From positions 3,797,473-3,861,472 of the forward strand of contig OX337233.1 in the NCBI GenBank assembly GCA_946965045.2: a stretch of DNA of 64,000 nt, written 5' to 3'. This document shows, one piece after another, positions 47,264 through 58,278 of this stretch. The notes below the pieces were generated by a model. That model worked only from the letters and a program-made list of their open reading frames with translations. It did no database searches and had not been told where the DNA came from. The first letter of the stretch is position 1. Each line of letters opens with the position of its first letter. The stretch comes from Epithemia pelagica (lineage: Eukaryota; Protista; Bacillariophyta). Made by a program: the position numbers and the translations under genes.

Positions 47264-47743
47264 ATCCCTTAAATGTAGATGTCGGACCCATGTCTCAGAT
47301 CAATGGCTTTTGTCTTTGTTGTCCGTTAGAGTCAGACGGCGCGCGTGCGGAACTTCCCGAGAAGATCCAGTGCGTTCCACGATATCGACTATGTACTCGT
47401 TGAGTAGACGGGAAGTCAAACAAATAATTCCAGTCACGCAGTTCGGCAATGTTCGTTTTACCGATAAGAGAACCTTGAGGTAAGGCATTTGTACACTACA
47501 ATAATTACTTCCGTTTTAAGGCGACTGCAATGCAAGTAGTAGTCGATAACGGCATGCAGTCGCGGTTTCGATGTGTCGGTCGGTCGCGAGAAACCACCTG
47601 AAAAAAATGACGATACGGACGACAAGGACCATCCAAGAAGAGAGCCGAAGAACGCAACCCATTACGACCAAAGTGGTCGTCGGAGATAACGATTCTCCTC
47701 ATTGCTGCAGAACAAAAACCATCGAAGATTAGAGCGCAACCAA

Positions 47744-49102
47744 ATGGCCTCCTTATCGAGCAACAACAACGACTCCTCTGTGGATCCTTCTCGTGTGTGG
47801 ATTTACCACGAGCGTCAAGAGTCTCTCTTGTGTGGACAACATGCCTTGAACAATTTGGTGCAATCATCGCAGTTTGCCGTGGACGAATTGGCGCAGATTG
47901 CTCAAGAATTGGATGCTCTGGAGTTGCAGTTCATGGCAGCCAGCAATGAAGGGGGAATGCAATCTCGAGAATACCAACAACGCCTCCAAGAAGGGTCCGT
48001 CAATGTCGACGAACGCGGTAATTTCAGTATTCAAGTACTCAAGACGTGTCTCAATCGATACTTTGCCCTACAACAACAACAACAACAACACGACCAACTG
48101 AGTCACGACCAAGGAGATTGGTTGCCTCATTTAACCGACTCGGTATTGAAAGACCGTTTGGGTCTGCAAGACATTACTCAAGTGACGGCTTTTTTGTTGC
48201 ACAAATCCGATCATTGGTTGGCCATTCGGCAAGTGGCTGGACGCTTTTTCAATTTCAACTCCACCTTGGAACGACCAGTTCCCATTTCCCATTTTGAATT
48301 AGGGACGCAATTGTCGCAAGCCGCACAACCTGGAGCGACGGGTGGATATACCGTCTTTTGTGTGGCCGCCCCCTCGCAGTGGTTGCCTCCGCCACACATT
48401 GGAGACTATCCTCCTCCCACACCATCGGCTTCTTCTATAGGAGGAGGTACGTGGCACAACATGGCAGATTTACTCAAGGCGGCTCCACAGTTCCACAACA
48501 ATGCGCTACAGGCCTTTTCGTCGCAACAGCAACTTGCACAATCCTCCAGCAATCCGAATACTGCCACGACATTGAACAAACCTCGAGTCGATCCTTGGAC
48601 CAAAGTCACGGGCGCAGGGCGTCGTCTCGATGGCAAGTCCACAGTACCATCCTCCTCCTCCTCCTCCATGAATATGGCCATTGAAGGATTGACCGAAGAA
48701 GAGCAACTGCAATTAGCCATGCAATTGTCTTCGCAACCACCAGAACTGGTCCAAACGAGTAGCAGCCAAACCGAACTTGCCAATCTGACAGTTCCGGAGG
48801 AACCAATAATCGGAGCTCCCGACACTTGTCGAATTCAGTTCCGCTTCACGGACCAGACCAGCAGCCAAAAGTCACCCGTTCTGGTCCGTCGTTTTCCCAA
48901 CAGTGCACTAGTCCAAGTCTTGTATCTGCTCTGTCATGAGCACTATCTGGATGGCGGCAACGATGGTATGGACGTGGAATTGCGAGCGGCAGCCTCCTTT
49001 CCACCCCGAAATTTGGATTCCTTGCGGAACCAAACCTTGCAAGAAGCAAGCTTGATCCAAGGAGAAACGATTCAGGTACGCATTATCTCAAAAGGATCCT
49101 AG
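47744..49102 (+). CDS. ATXN3: Ataxin-3-like Josephin deubiquitinase with UIM and C-terminal UBX-like domain
   Basis: IYHERQESLLCGQHALNNL (catalytic Cys), GNFSIQVL, HWLAIR (His) and FNFNS (Asn) are present. The UIM reads TEEEQLQLAMQLS, and the UBX-like domain starts CRIQFRF. Confidence 0.9.
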   Translation: MASLSSNNNDSSVDPSRVWIYHERQESLLCGQHALNNLVQSSQFAVDELAQIAQELDALELQFMAASNEGGMQSREYQQRLQEGSVNVDERGNFSIQVLKTCLNRYFALQQQQQQHDQLSHDQGDWLPHLTDSVLKDRLGLQDITQVTAFLLHKSDHWLAIRQVAGRFFNFNSTLERPVPISHFELGTQLSQAAQPGATGGYTVFCVAAPSQWLPPPHIGDYPPPTPSASSIGGGTWHNMADLLKAAPQFHNNALQAFSSQQQLAQSSSNPNTATTLNKPRVDPWTKVTGAGRRLDGKSTVPSSSSSSMNMAIEGLTEEEQLQLAMQLSSQPPELVQTSSSQTELANLTVPEEPIIGAPDTCRIQFRFTDQTSSQKSPVLVRRFPNSALVQVLYLLCHEHYLDGGNDGMDVELRAAASFPPRNLDSLRNQTLQEASLIQGETIQVRIISKGS

Positions 49103-51456
49103 TACAGATCAGCAAGGGACAAATGAGATAAGAAGCTTAGGATAGGTGTTGTGGCTTAGACCGTGCTAGAGACCAATGCTCAAACAAGCTTTTATGGCCA
49201 TGTCAGTAGTGGCTTTTCTTGTTCAAGCTGCAACTACGTAGGTAGTCATGGCGATATTGCAGAAATCAACTCGGCTTATGAGACACAAATGGCCTTTTCA
49301 GAATGTTACTAAGCGTGATGTTCGTCACTGAGATACAGCAATAGTGTGTCAAAATCCGAGGCTAATGATGACGACGACGAGACGACAACGAAGTTCGAGA
49401 AGAAACCTATTTCGCCCTGAACATGTGCTGGTTCGTGGGTGAGCTCGATTGGCGGAGAGATAGACAGACAACCGCAATGTCCCTGTCGATAGAGTCGTAA
49501 GACGGATGGCTTTTCAGAAATTATTACGGTCGCTCTCTCCCGCTTCTTCACTTGTTGAGCTCAAAGACTAGCAGGTCGGCACATGGTAAGTTGATTGCAG
49601 TTCTGCCCGCCGACAAGAAGAAATCAGGGAGGTACGGACTGTCACGATCAAATGCCCCCTTGGCGACCCACTACCAGCATGGTTCCTGCGGAGCCCGTCG
49701 ACGCTGCAGCTTAATACAACTCTTCCGCCACGGAATCAGGTAAGGCCCAGCTAGGTAACGCAAAAGTATCGGGAAGTTTGTCCATTCTTTGCCACTATCC
49801 ACCGCATCGTCCTTCCTGAAGCCGTTGTCGGAACGGTCTTGAATGAGTTTGACGGCTATAGCTACACGAGAACGAGCTTGATCCAAAAGTTACTGTGTCG
49901 CTTCTTCCGGCGGAATCGTCAGTGTCTTTTTGGCATGTAGGCGCAGCTTGACAACTGCCCGATCCAAGTCATAATCGTGGATATCTTCGACTAGTTCTGA
50001 TCCATCCAGAGTTGAATTCGTCCACCAAGAAGCCGGCACGCCGTCGTCATTGTTTTCGTTGGTATCTCCATGCCGAATGGGATATTGAGACTGCATAAAG
50101 GGATTCAGTTGCTCGATGCGTCGAATCCCCAACATTAGATGAGGACGATCCACGTAAAGCACGGTAACGTCCTTGTCCTCTTTGTCGTGGTCAGCTCCAT
50201 CCTTAGTGACTGCAAAGCATTCCCTTTTTCCTCAAGGCGTTGTGAGAGGCTTCCGTGGCCTTGAACGCTAACTTGGCCTTCATTTTACTCAGAAAGACGG
50301 GTTGCAGAACTTTTTGTTATTGCGGTTTCTCCCGAACAACTTTTGCTGGAAAGTAGGCAACCGTGGGCATGGTAGCATGTAGATCCACGGCCGTCAGTGG
50401 CAAGTGAGCTGTCGATTTGGCCTTGGCCAAATTGAATCGTTGTGTTTTGTCGCAAACTTCCACCACCAGTGCAGATGCAGTCGATGCTGATGAAGCTGCA
50501 CCCTTTGCAAAACTCGTGGTCGTCGGTGGAGATGGCGGCGCCAAGGCTGAAGAACCAGCAGCGTTGGTCTCTCTCAACTCCCAACAGCTTCACCAGCAGC
50601 AACGATATTGTCACCATTCATTCATTCTTCTTCATTGATTCGGATCTTGACAAGGCCGGCACTCTAGAGATCTTACAAGAATCCTATGCTACATCCGAAA
50701 CTACTGGACTCTTGGCCAAACAAAACGAGCAGTTGGTGAATCCTGCCACCACCACCATTTCGTATCCGGTACAGCCAGTCACATTGAAAAAGACAAACCC
50801 TACAATGATCCTGCTACGGCGACAGGCCCTGGTCGGGAATTGCCGCTTGGTCTCGTTTGCGGCTATCATAGATTGATACACCGTCTACGTCGCGTCACGT
50901 CACATCACGTCATGTTGTGGTCCTCTAGACTTGACGAGAGAAACAGTTAGTCCCCACTGTCCCCCAACTTCCGCCAAAGAGTATAGCCCCTGGCCCCCGT
51001 CATTCGCGAGCAGCGCTGCTCTGTGGGATCGCACCGAACAAACCATCCTTCTCATTTTTCGTCTCGTGGATTTCACACACAGATCCTTCGTTTGTGAGCA
51101 GAGATCATCTCTCTCTCTGGATGGTGTCAAGAGAGCCGTCAAGTGAAGGGGACAACCGACAACCTAAGCACGAAAACAGAATCCACTATTTCATCTGCGC
51201 AAGCAACAAGAAGAAATTAGAGTGTCGAGAAGGAGCAAGACGATGCCACGTTTTCTCGGGCGATTCGGCAACTCACCAATGACGACATGGACAAGAAGAA
51301 GCAGTCGGTTCCCTGTCTAGTGGTTCCTTTGTCTGGCAATCCTCCTTCCCAACAACAATTTAAAGTTTGTGATGGTCACGGTTCCTCCACCAACGCCTGC
51401 CGAATAAGGACGACACCACCAAAGACATTGTCGACAAGCAAGAAGCGGCACAATGA

Positions 51457-53198
51457 TTGATAGAAGCACTGAACCAGGTAGTGGGAGGAGAAGCCGAAAG
51501 TGTCGAGGCTCACGAACTCCTCAACGACCAGGAGCACTATGCTCTGTTTGGGGGAGACGATCACACCGTTTATTCCGACACTAACAATAACAATAGCAAT
51601 GACAAGAAGAAGAAAAAGAAGACACCAGGTCTCTTTTATGCAGATCGACATGTCGCCAAAATGATGCAAATCGTCAATGACCCTGATTGTCGGACCAAGA
51701 AGCTCGATGCCACCTCGGACGACTTTAAGGTTTCACAAGCGGTCGAAATCTTGACCAAATGCAGCTTTGTGCACATTCAAAATGCCATTCCCCGCATGGT
51801 GTTGGAGCCTTACAAACTCCAAGTCACTTCCTATCTCAAGGGGCTGCAAAGTGGACGTATTGGTAGCGAGGGAACCACTACGTTAGGGGAACCCTATTTT
51901 ATACATGAAACCAGTCCTCGTCGATACGATTTACTCTTTCCCGACAACCTGTTGAATGAAGATATCATGGCTCCTCGACTACTCCTCAAGATTCTCAAGG
52001 ATTCTCAAGTCATTGGGTACGTTTCTTTGTTTGTTTGTTAGTTGGTTTTCGAGAGTGTGTGTGTGTCTCGCGTTCGCTGTCGCCACCACACGAGCCATCC
52101 CCAAGCCATGTACCCAAACTCACAAATTCCCATATTCTGTTGCTGTGATTTGCGTCTCGCTTTCTGTGTGCGTGGCACTGATGCTACGACAACTACTATA
52201 ACAATTGCTACTTCCGCAACAGGGATGAGGTTCGGATGCAAGACTTTGGAGCTGTTGTATCAGTACCTGGTTCCAAACTGCAGCGCTGGCATGACGATAG
52301 TGAAATTTACGACAACCTCTTTCGGACTCATGGACTGGCGGGCTTTGATTTGCCTCCCTTTTCCGTCGGCGTTATGGTCCCCTTGCTCAATACCACCATG
52401 GCTCATGGCCCGACTGAATTCTGCATGGGTCAAAATGCCTTGGCCCGCATTGGTGGAGTTCCACCCATTCGAAACGAAACCTTGCGAGACGCCTTTGACA
52501 GAGCCAATCAGTACTTTTCCCGAAACGCCTGTCCACCCAACTTTTTGCGAACGCCGCTCCCTCAGTTTGGCGATATCCTCGTCTTTCACTACAACATGGT
52601 CCATCGGGGAGGAGAAAACACCAGTCCCAATATTCGAACCATTTTGTACCAAACCTATGTACACAAATGGTTCCGAGATGAAAATTTTGATAACAATGCC
52701 GACTACGGCTATGGATCCACCAAAGCATTGAATCGACTCTTTGGTAACATGCGAGCGGCCATTCCCGAATACACCAAGTCGGAAGATCCTTCCATGACCT
52801 ACCAGCTTGACGATTTGGAAGCCATGGGTAAATTCGAACCCACGGGAGGATTCCTGGTGGGGAAAATTGGCTTTTCTAACAAGATACGAGATGTTACAGT
52901 CGCTAATGTCGATGTCGATGTGGGGGGCATGGTACTCTGTGTCCTGTCGCAACAACAAGAACAAGATGCCCAGTGTTATCACGCTCCCCCTGTCGGTGAA
53001 GGAGCCGTGATACTGGCCTATGAGGGAGACGAGATTCGTATTGTATATCATGACGACACGACGAATACGAATATCGAGCTCAAATCATGGCTCATCAAGG
53101 GAATGGAACAATTGTTCATCTCCTACCAGCATTTGGACCGTTGTTTGTGGAAGGACAAGTGTGGTAGTAATGGTGGTCCCATCGCCACTGCCGTGTAG
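51457..53198 (+). CDS. PhyH-like Fe(II)/2-oxoglutarate dioxygenase; join(<51457..52016,52223..53198); 5' end uncertain or degraded
   Basis: HxD (QRWHDD), GPTEF, a distal His (MVHRGG) and a 2OG-binding Arg (NIRTILY) are present, with a phase-2 GT-AG intron. An in-frame TGA lies at 51454-51456; the first in-frame ATG is at 51661. Confidence 0.75.
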
Positions 53199-55144
53199 AC
53201 GAGCAGCAGCAGCAACATGTTGTTGTTGTCGGTGCCGTGATCATGACACACGTTTACGAGCTTACAAACTACCTTGAATCTCGGCAGCAGCATTGTGCCA
53301 AGTCATATCTATATTCAACACAAAGTAGCTAGTTGTTAGTAATCATTTTAAGTGTTGCACAGTAACCATTTGCAACAAGGGTATGCCTCTTTTTCCTACT
53401 GACCATAACCTGCAAAAGTCGGTTCAACTTCACTCCTTCACAACCCCAAGGAGGAAGTGGAGCTTGCCCGTAGGGGATACGTAGGCTATAGGTAATAGGG
53501 TTTGTTCAGATGGATTGCTGTCATTCTGGAACCGTTCTTGACTTGCCCTGCAGATTTTCGTCCGACGACTCCAAAATGCATATTGACCAAGGGCTCAAAA
53601 TGGATACCTTCTTGGAGCTGCCGGTAATGCCGTGGCCTGTGCATGTTTGGGATCATGCCTGGCCTCCCTGTTTTGAGTGTTTTGCTGGGTGGATAACTTC
53701 CTCAGTGCCTCAGAACCACGAAGCATACGAGGAGACTGCAGCGTTACAGAGTCGTGGAACAATACTCCCTATAATGTTTATCAACATGCAACTAAACCAA
53801 TCCAGCAATTCACAGTCACACGTTGTTCTTTCATAGCAATATTCAATGCTTTTCGTAGTTCGGAACAACGTTCTTAAGGTTACTGCTGGTGAACTTCGAC
53901 GCGAAGGAATCAAGTAAGACCGTGGCCACTGGATTGACACAGGTGATACCGTCTTCACGTACCGAAACGACTACCAGTCGATCACGGGTTGGAGGGACGT
54001 CCGAGCTTGTTGGAAATCTCGGCCACAAAAGCCTCCACAGAGATTGTTTCGCCTTCGACGAGACTGTTGCGATTGTTATCTATTGGCTGGATCCTTGATG
54101 GGTGGTGCGGTTTGGTCGATGGATCCTTAATGTCCCTGTTGTATTGGTAAATGGGCGACGTTGATGGAAGTAATCACGACCGTCGTATGATGAATGGTGG
54201 CAGCTTCCTTTTGCAAAGAACGGGTCATTCTTGCCACTGAACGTTGAGAAGTGGATGCACGGCGGTCGTGTTGAGCCTCGTACGCGGCTCGAAAATGGCA
54301 GCGGCAGGAATGGCCACCATGGTGTCAAAGACAGACACTCCCCGTCGAGAACTGTCGTATCTTTCCTGTCTCTTGAGCATGCGGGGTCGCACGCTCGCAA
54401 AAGCTGTTGGACAAAAGCTATACCCGGGGTGCATGTTGCATGCCAATCAATGGAACCAAAGGTCGTTCCGATGAACGTTCCTCTCTTCAAGCTCGCTCCT
54501 GACATATACTCTTGTCTCTTGTTCGTGTTCTTATTGCGTCTGCTGCGAGCTAATGCAACACGGGAAGCGAGTCACAATGGGATGAATGACATGTTCCTTC
54601 TAGTCCATCATGTCCTCGGATTCTTGTCTCTGTGGAGTTGTACTTGTGGCCTTGGTTCCTTCACTAACTCGATGAGTGATGCCCATTCGAACAATTGGAT
54701 CAAGAGAAGACCACTCTCTTTGTTGTTGTTGTTCTTGTGAGCAGTCTGTAGGAACAAGGGAAGAATGGTGTTCCATAAATGGCGTTGGACGAGATGACTC
54801 AGAAATTAGGGATTGTTGATCTGTGGATGTTGGATTACCAATCTGTGGACCTCTTCGTCATACGAGGACCTCTTCATCAGACAGATTGGAATGTCGCTCT
54901 CTCTCACTCCACTCGTCACTGTACAGCAAAAGATACTTTTGGGGCTTGTCATGAAATCTATGTGCGATTGACTGCTCTACACCATCGTACGCAGGACAGG
55001 CACACCTTTTCTGTCTCCACTCTCCACACGCCGCGGTCTCCACTCTCCACTCTCCACGCACAAAAAAGCTCGCTGCGAAAGCTTCCACGCGTTGCTCTAT
55101 ATTTGTGTTGCCATTTCTTGTCGACATTGTAAAGCGCCGTGACC

Positions 55145-56347
55145 ATGACAACGACACTGCAGAAGCAAGCATGGCAGTCGGGCCTTGTCCTGTTAGACGA
55201 GACACCTGAATGGAATTTCGAGGACTGGCCTCCTCTTGAGGGTGGATGGCGTTATCGTCATGCTTCGGTCGTTCTGAATCATACCGATAGCAACAAGGAA
55301 CAAACCGTCGTCGTGTTGGGTGGATATCGAATAGGTCAAGGCGAGCTCGATTCCATTTTTGTATTAAACTTGGCAGAATCAAACAAGCAGTGGCGAGAAG
55401 GGCCACCCATGAACCAGAAACGTGATGGACATGCCGCTGTTGTGTGCAATGGAGACGTCTACGTGATGGGAGGAGAGAAAAGAAATGGAGGATCTTTGGA
55501 TTGCATAGAACAGATTGATGCCAATCATTTGTTTCCATTTTCCTTGACAACCACCACCATGCAGGAGAGTCATTGGACGACATTGAATTGTCGCTTATCA
55601 ACGCCAAGGTATGGATGTTGTGCTGTTGCGGTTCACAACCGATACATCGTTGTAATGGGAGGTTACAGCAATCGTTATTTGTCGTCGGTGGATATTATTG
55701 ATACCAGGAACCACACTGTCACTGCGGGACCAAGCATGACTGTTCCACGACAATGGTGTGTCAGTGCGGTTGTTGGCCACCGCATCTTTGTCGCTGGAGG
55801 CCGTAACGAGAATGGCAATCTTGACTCGGTCGAGTATTTGGACTACGCAACACTCTGTGACAATGATGAGACAAAAAAGGAGATTGGCTCAACATTCGTT
55901 TGTTTCTCATCCACCTGGATCACTCAGGTTGAGTTCGTGCTTTCCGAACTTCGAGGTTCTTGTGCAATGGATGCCGTGGGATCTTGTCTGGTGGTGGCGG
56001 GAGGAGGATACAATCTTACCGTAGAAGTCTGGGATACGCTTCGCAACCGCGTGTGGAATCTCCCACCATTCGTGAATTACCACAATCGCTGCAGTATAGT
56101 GGCTGTTACCAATCAAGTTGCCGTGATAAGTGGACTTTGCAATCCTACCTGTGCGACGTTACCACTAATGGACAAGCATACATGGTGTTTTCGTCGACTC
56201 TGTGAGCAGCAGCGCAACAGATGGTGTCTTTTGGGGGAAGGAATGAATATCCAACATGCTGATAATTCACCATTCTCCACCTCGACATCAGCTCATAAAC
56301 GAGCAAGGCCCGACACACGCCGTGGTGATGAAGGCAAGGATATATGA
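55145..56347 (+). CDS. Intronless kelch-repeat beta-propeller protein
   Basis: Repeated hydrophobic-GG kelch motifs (VVVLGG, VYVMGG, IVVMGG, IFVAGG, LVVAGG) and WREGPPMNQKR / AGPSMTVPR turns. Confidence 0.88.
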   Translation: MTTTLQKQAWQSGLVLLDETPEWNFEDWPPLEGGWRYRHASVVLNHTDSNKEQTVVVLGGYRIGQGELDSIFVLNLAESNKQWREGPPMNQKRDGHAAVVCNGDVYVMGGEKRNGGSLDCIEQIDANHLFPFSLTTTTMQESHWTTLNCRLSTPRYGCCAVAVHNRYIVVMGGYSNRYLSSVDIIDTRNHTVTAGPSMTVPRQWCVSAVVGHRIFVAGGRNENGNLDSVEYLDYATLCDNDETKKEIGSTFVCFSSTWITQVEFVLSELRGSCAMDAVGSCLVVAGGGYNLTVEVWDTLRNRVWNLPPFVNYHNRCSIVAVTNQVAVISGLCNPTCATLPLMDKHTWCFRRLCEQQRNRWCLLGEGMNIQHADNSPFSTSTSAHKRARPDTRRGDEGKDI

Positions 56348-56963
56348 TGAAATGTGCGACACGTTGCATCGATGTCCTACACTGTAGAATAACGATTTGG
56401 TTCTCAAACGCTTTCTTGTTTCCTATTGCTAACTATTGGGATACCATGAACACCGCTTTACTAGTAGAAAATGAAACGTTACAGTGCCGTCTGGTATGAT
56501 ATAGCTGTCCTCGCAAAAGGAGTGGAGCCAGGCTCATGGGTGCACACACAATGTTACCAGGCCTCTCTCCGGGTGAATGGGTTGAGTTATCTGCTTGTCG
56601 AAGATGATGGTTGTGCGCCTGAAACGCTCTAGTCGGAACCATCAATACCAAACAACGTCAACACATACAAACGTTCCGGCAACACGTGTGCTTCTTCTCG
56701 GCTGTTATAAAGAAGGCAGAGCGACTCGTCGGACGATGGTCGTGGATCCGGCCAGGCGTCAGTTTGTAGGTCCGGTCCATTCATTACGGATATGCCTGCG
56801 TGACAATTCCCCGTATCTCGCTGCTTGTGGTTTCGGGTGGCAGTGGTTACTGGGACATTAGAGAACCCTTTGCGAATTTTTGCCCCTGATATGTAGGACC
56901 TTTTCTCCGATACTGCCGCTACTTCATCAGGAATCAGGAGGTCAAAAGTGTTGCGTCGGTTCA

Positions 56964-57629
56964 TCAGCAAAGTCATATGCACTCGTACATACGAGTGGTA
57001 AAACTGGTCTATTGAAAATTATGATATCTAGGTCCATCTGTCTCTTCTATGTGCGACTGCTGCACACTTTGCTGAGTCCCCCCAAACGGAACATACCATA
57101 TTTCCGTTTGTTGAATGGGTGCATCAGTTGTATTCTCGTAAAAACGAAGGGAACCGTCAAACCTGCTGAAACCACTCCTCGAGTGGATGGAACTGATGCA
57201 TTGGACGTCTCAATCATGATCTGTCAGGTCATATATGATTAGACCTAACAGATGATCACGCTTCTGCCCACCTGGCAGGACCTTTGTTGCAACATCGGCT
57301 GGATTCATTGTCGTTGAGATGTGTGTCGTCAAACATTCTCCCATTGCCACAGATTCGCGTACCGCATGATAGCATATTGAATTCGACTTCTTTTTGAGGA
57401 CGGATTCAGGCCGTTGGGTATTGTGAATCACGCTCATATTGTCTCCATAGACGAGCGCTGGTCCGGACACTGGGATGCCCATCATCCTCAGCTTATATCT
57501 CAGACCTCGGACAGCTTCCACACCGGTCTTCATTGCAACAAACTCCGCTCCGAACACTGACGTCTCAATGGTTGCTTGCCGCTTCGTGTACCACACAATG
57601 GGCGACATGTTGAGATAAATTAGAAAACC
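56964..57629 (-). mobile_element. 5'-truncated Ty1/copia (CoDi-type) remnant: RNase H end, PPT and candidate 3' LTR
   Basis: GFLIYLNMSPIVWYTKRQATIETSVFGAEFVAM...GDNMSV...KKKSNSICYHAVRE...NPADVATK is Copia RNase H (stop at 57210). The PPT TTTGGGGGGAC is at 57086-57076. A 112-bp segment (57075-56964) is bounded by a 10-bp inverted repeat. Confidence 0.85.
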
Positions 57630-58278
57630 CTAAGGATATTTCACTTTTTTGGGAGCTTTTAGTACTAGAGACCGTAGAATTTGAACGTGTGCATATGAGC
57701 ACAAAATCCTATAGTGCCTGTTGCATATGAGCAAGGATTTGTTGCGGATGAGCTGCAATTTGTTATGCTTTTGTTGCGATTGAGCAGTGGCCTTGTCTAT
57801 GCCCCTTTGACCACTCCCCAAAAGCAGTCATATTCAATATGCTCTATACTGGCCAAATACTTTTCAGAGCTCTGCCAGTTAGGTTTTTGTCTTGCCCTAC
57901 TCTACATAGAAGAATCAACGTAAGATTGAATTTCCTTTGGTTTGCTGTACAAAATTTCCTTGTTACAACAAACCAGCTAATATGTGTGTACAAGTGACAT
58001 ATATTTGTACACAAATGACCAACTAAATTTTTTGTACAATCTTTTTTCCCGCCAAATGACGCTGGCATTTCACAGAAAAATCTCATTTCACCCATCACTA
58101 GTTCTCATCAAAATCCCATTTTGACCATTCCTAGTTTATGCCTCTAGGTCTTTGTACCTACCCATCATTCGTCCAGTAAATTGGGCCCAATGCAATTCTG
58201 CAAAGGGTCATCACTCCCTTTCTTTGATGAACGATGAAAGATGTCTCTTGAACACTCTCAGCAAAACCTCTATCGACA

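Noticed and set aside
49671-50881. Short ORFs, some Cys-rich, on both strands
   Set aside because: Interrupted by stops, coding strand ambiguous and no family recognised.
51454-51456. In-frame TGA as possible selenocysteine
   Set aside because: Not at a redox or catalytic position, no SECIS evident, and accompanied by other upstream lesions.
53510-55132. Cluster of small overlapping ORFs before the kelch gene
   Set aside because: No conserved motifs and no coherent exon structure.
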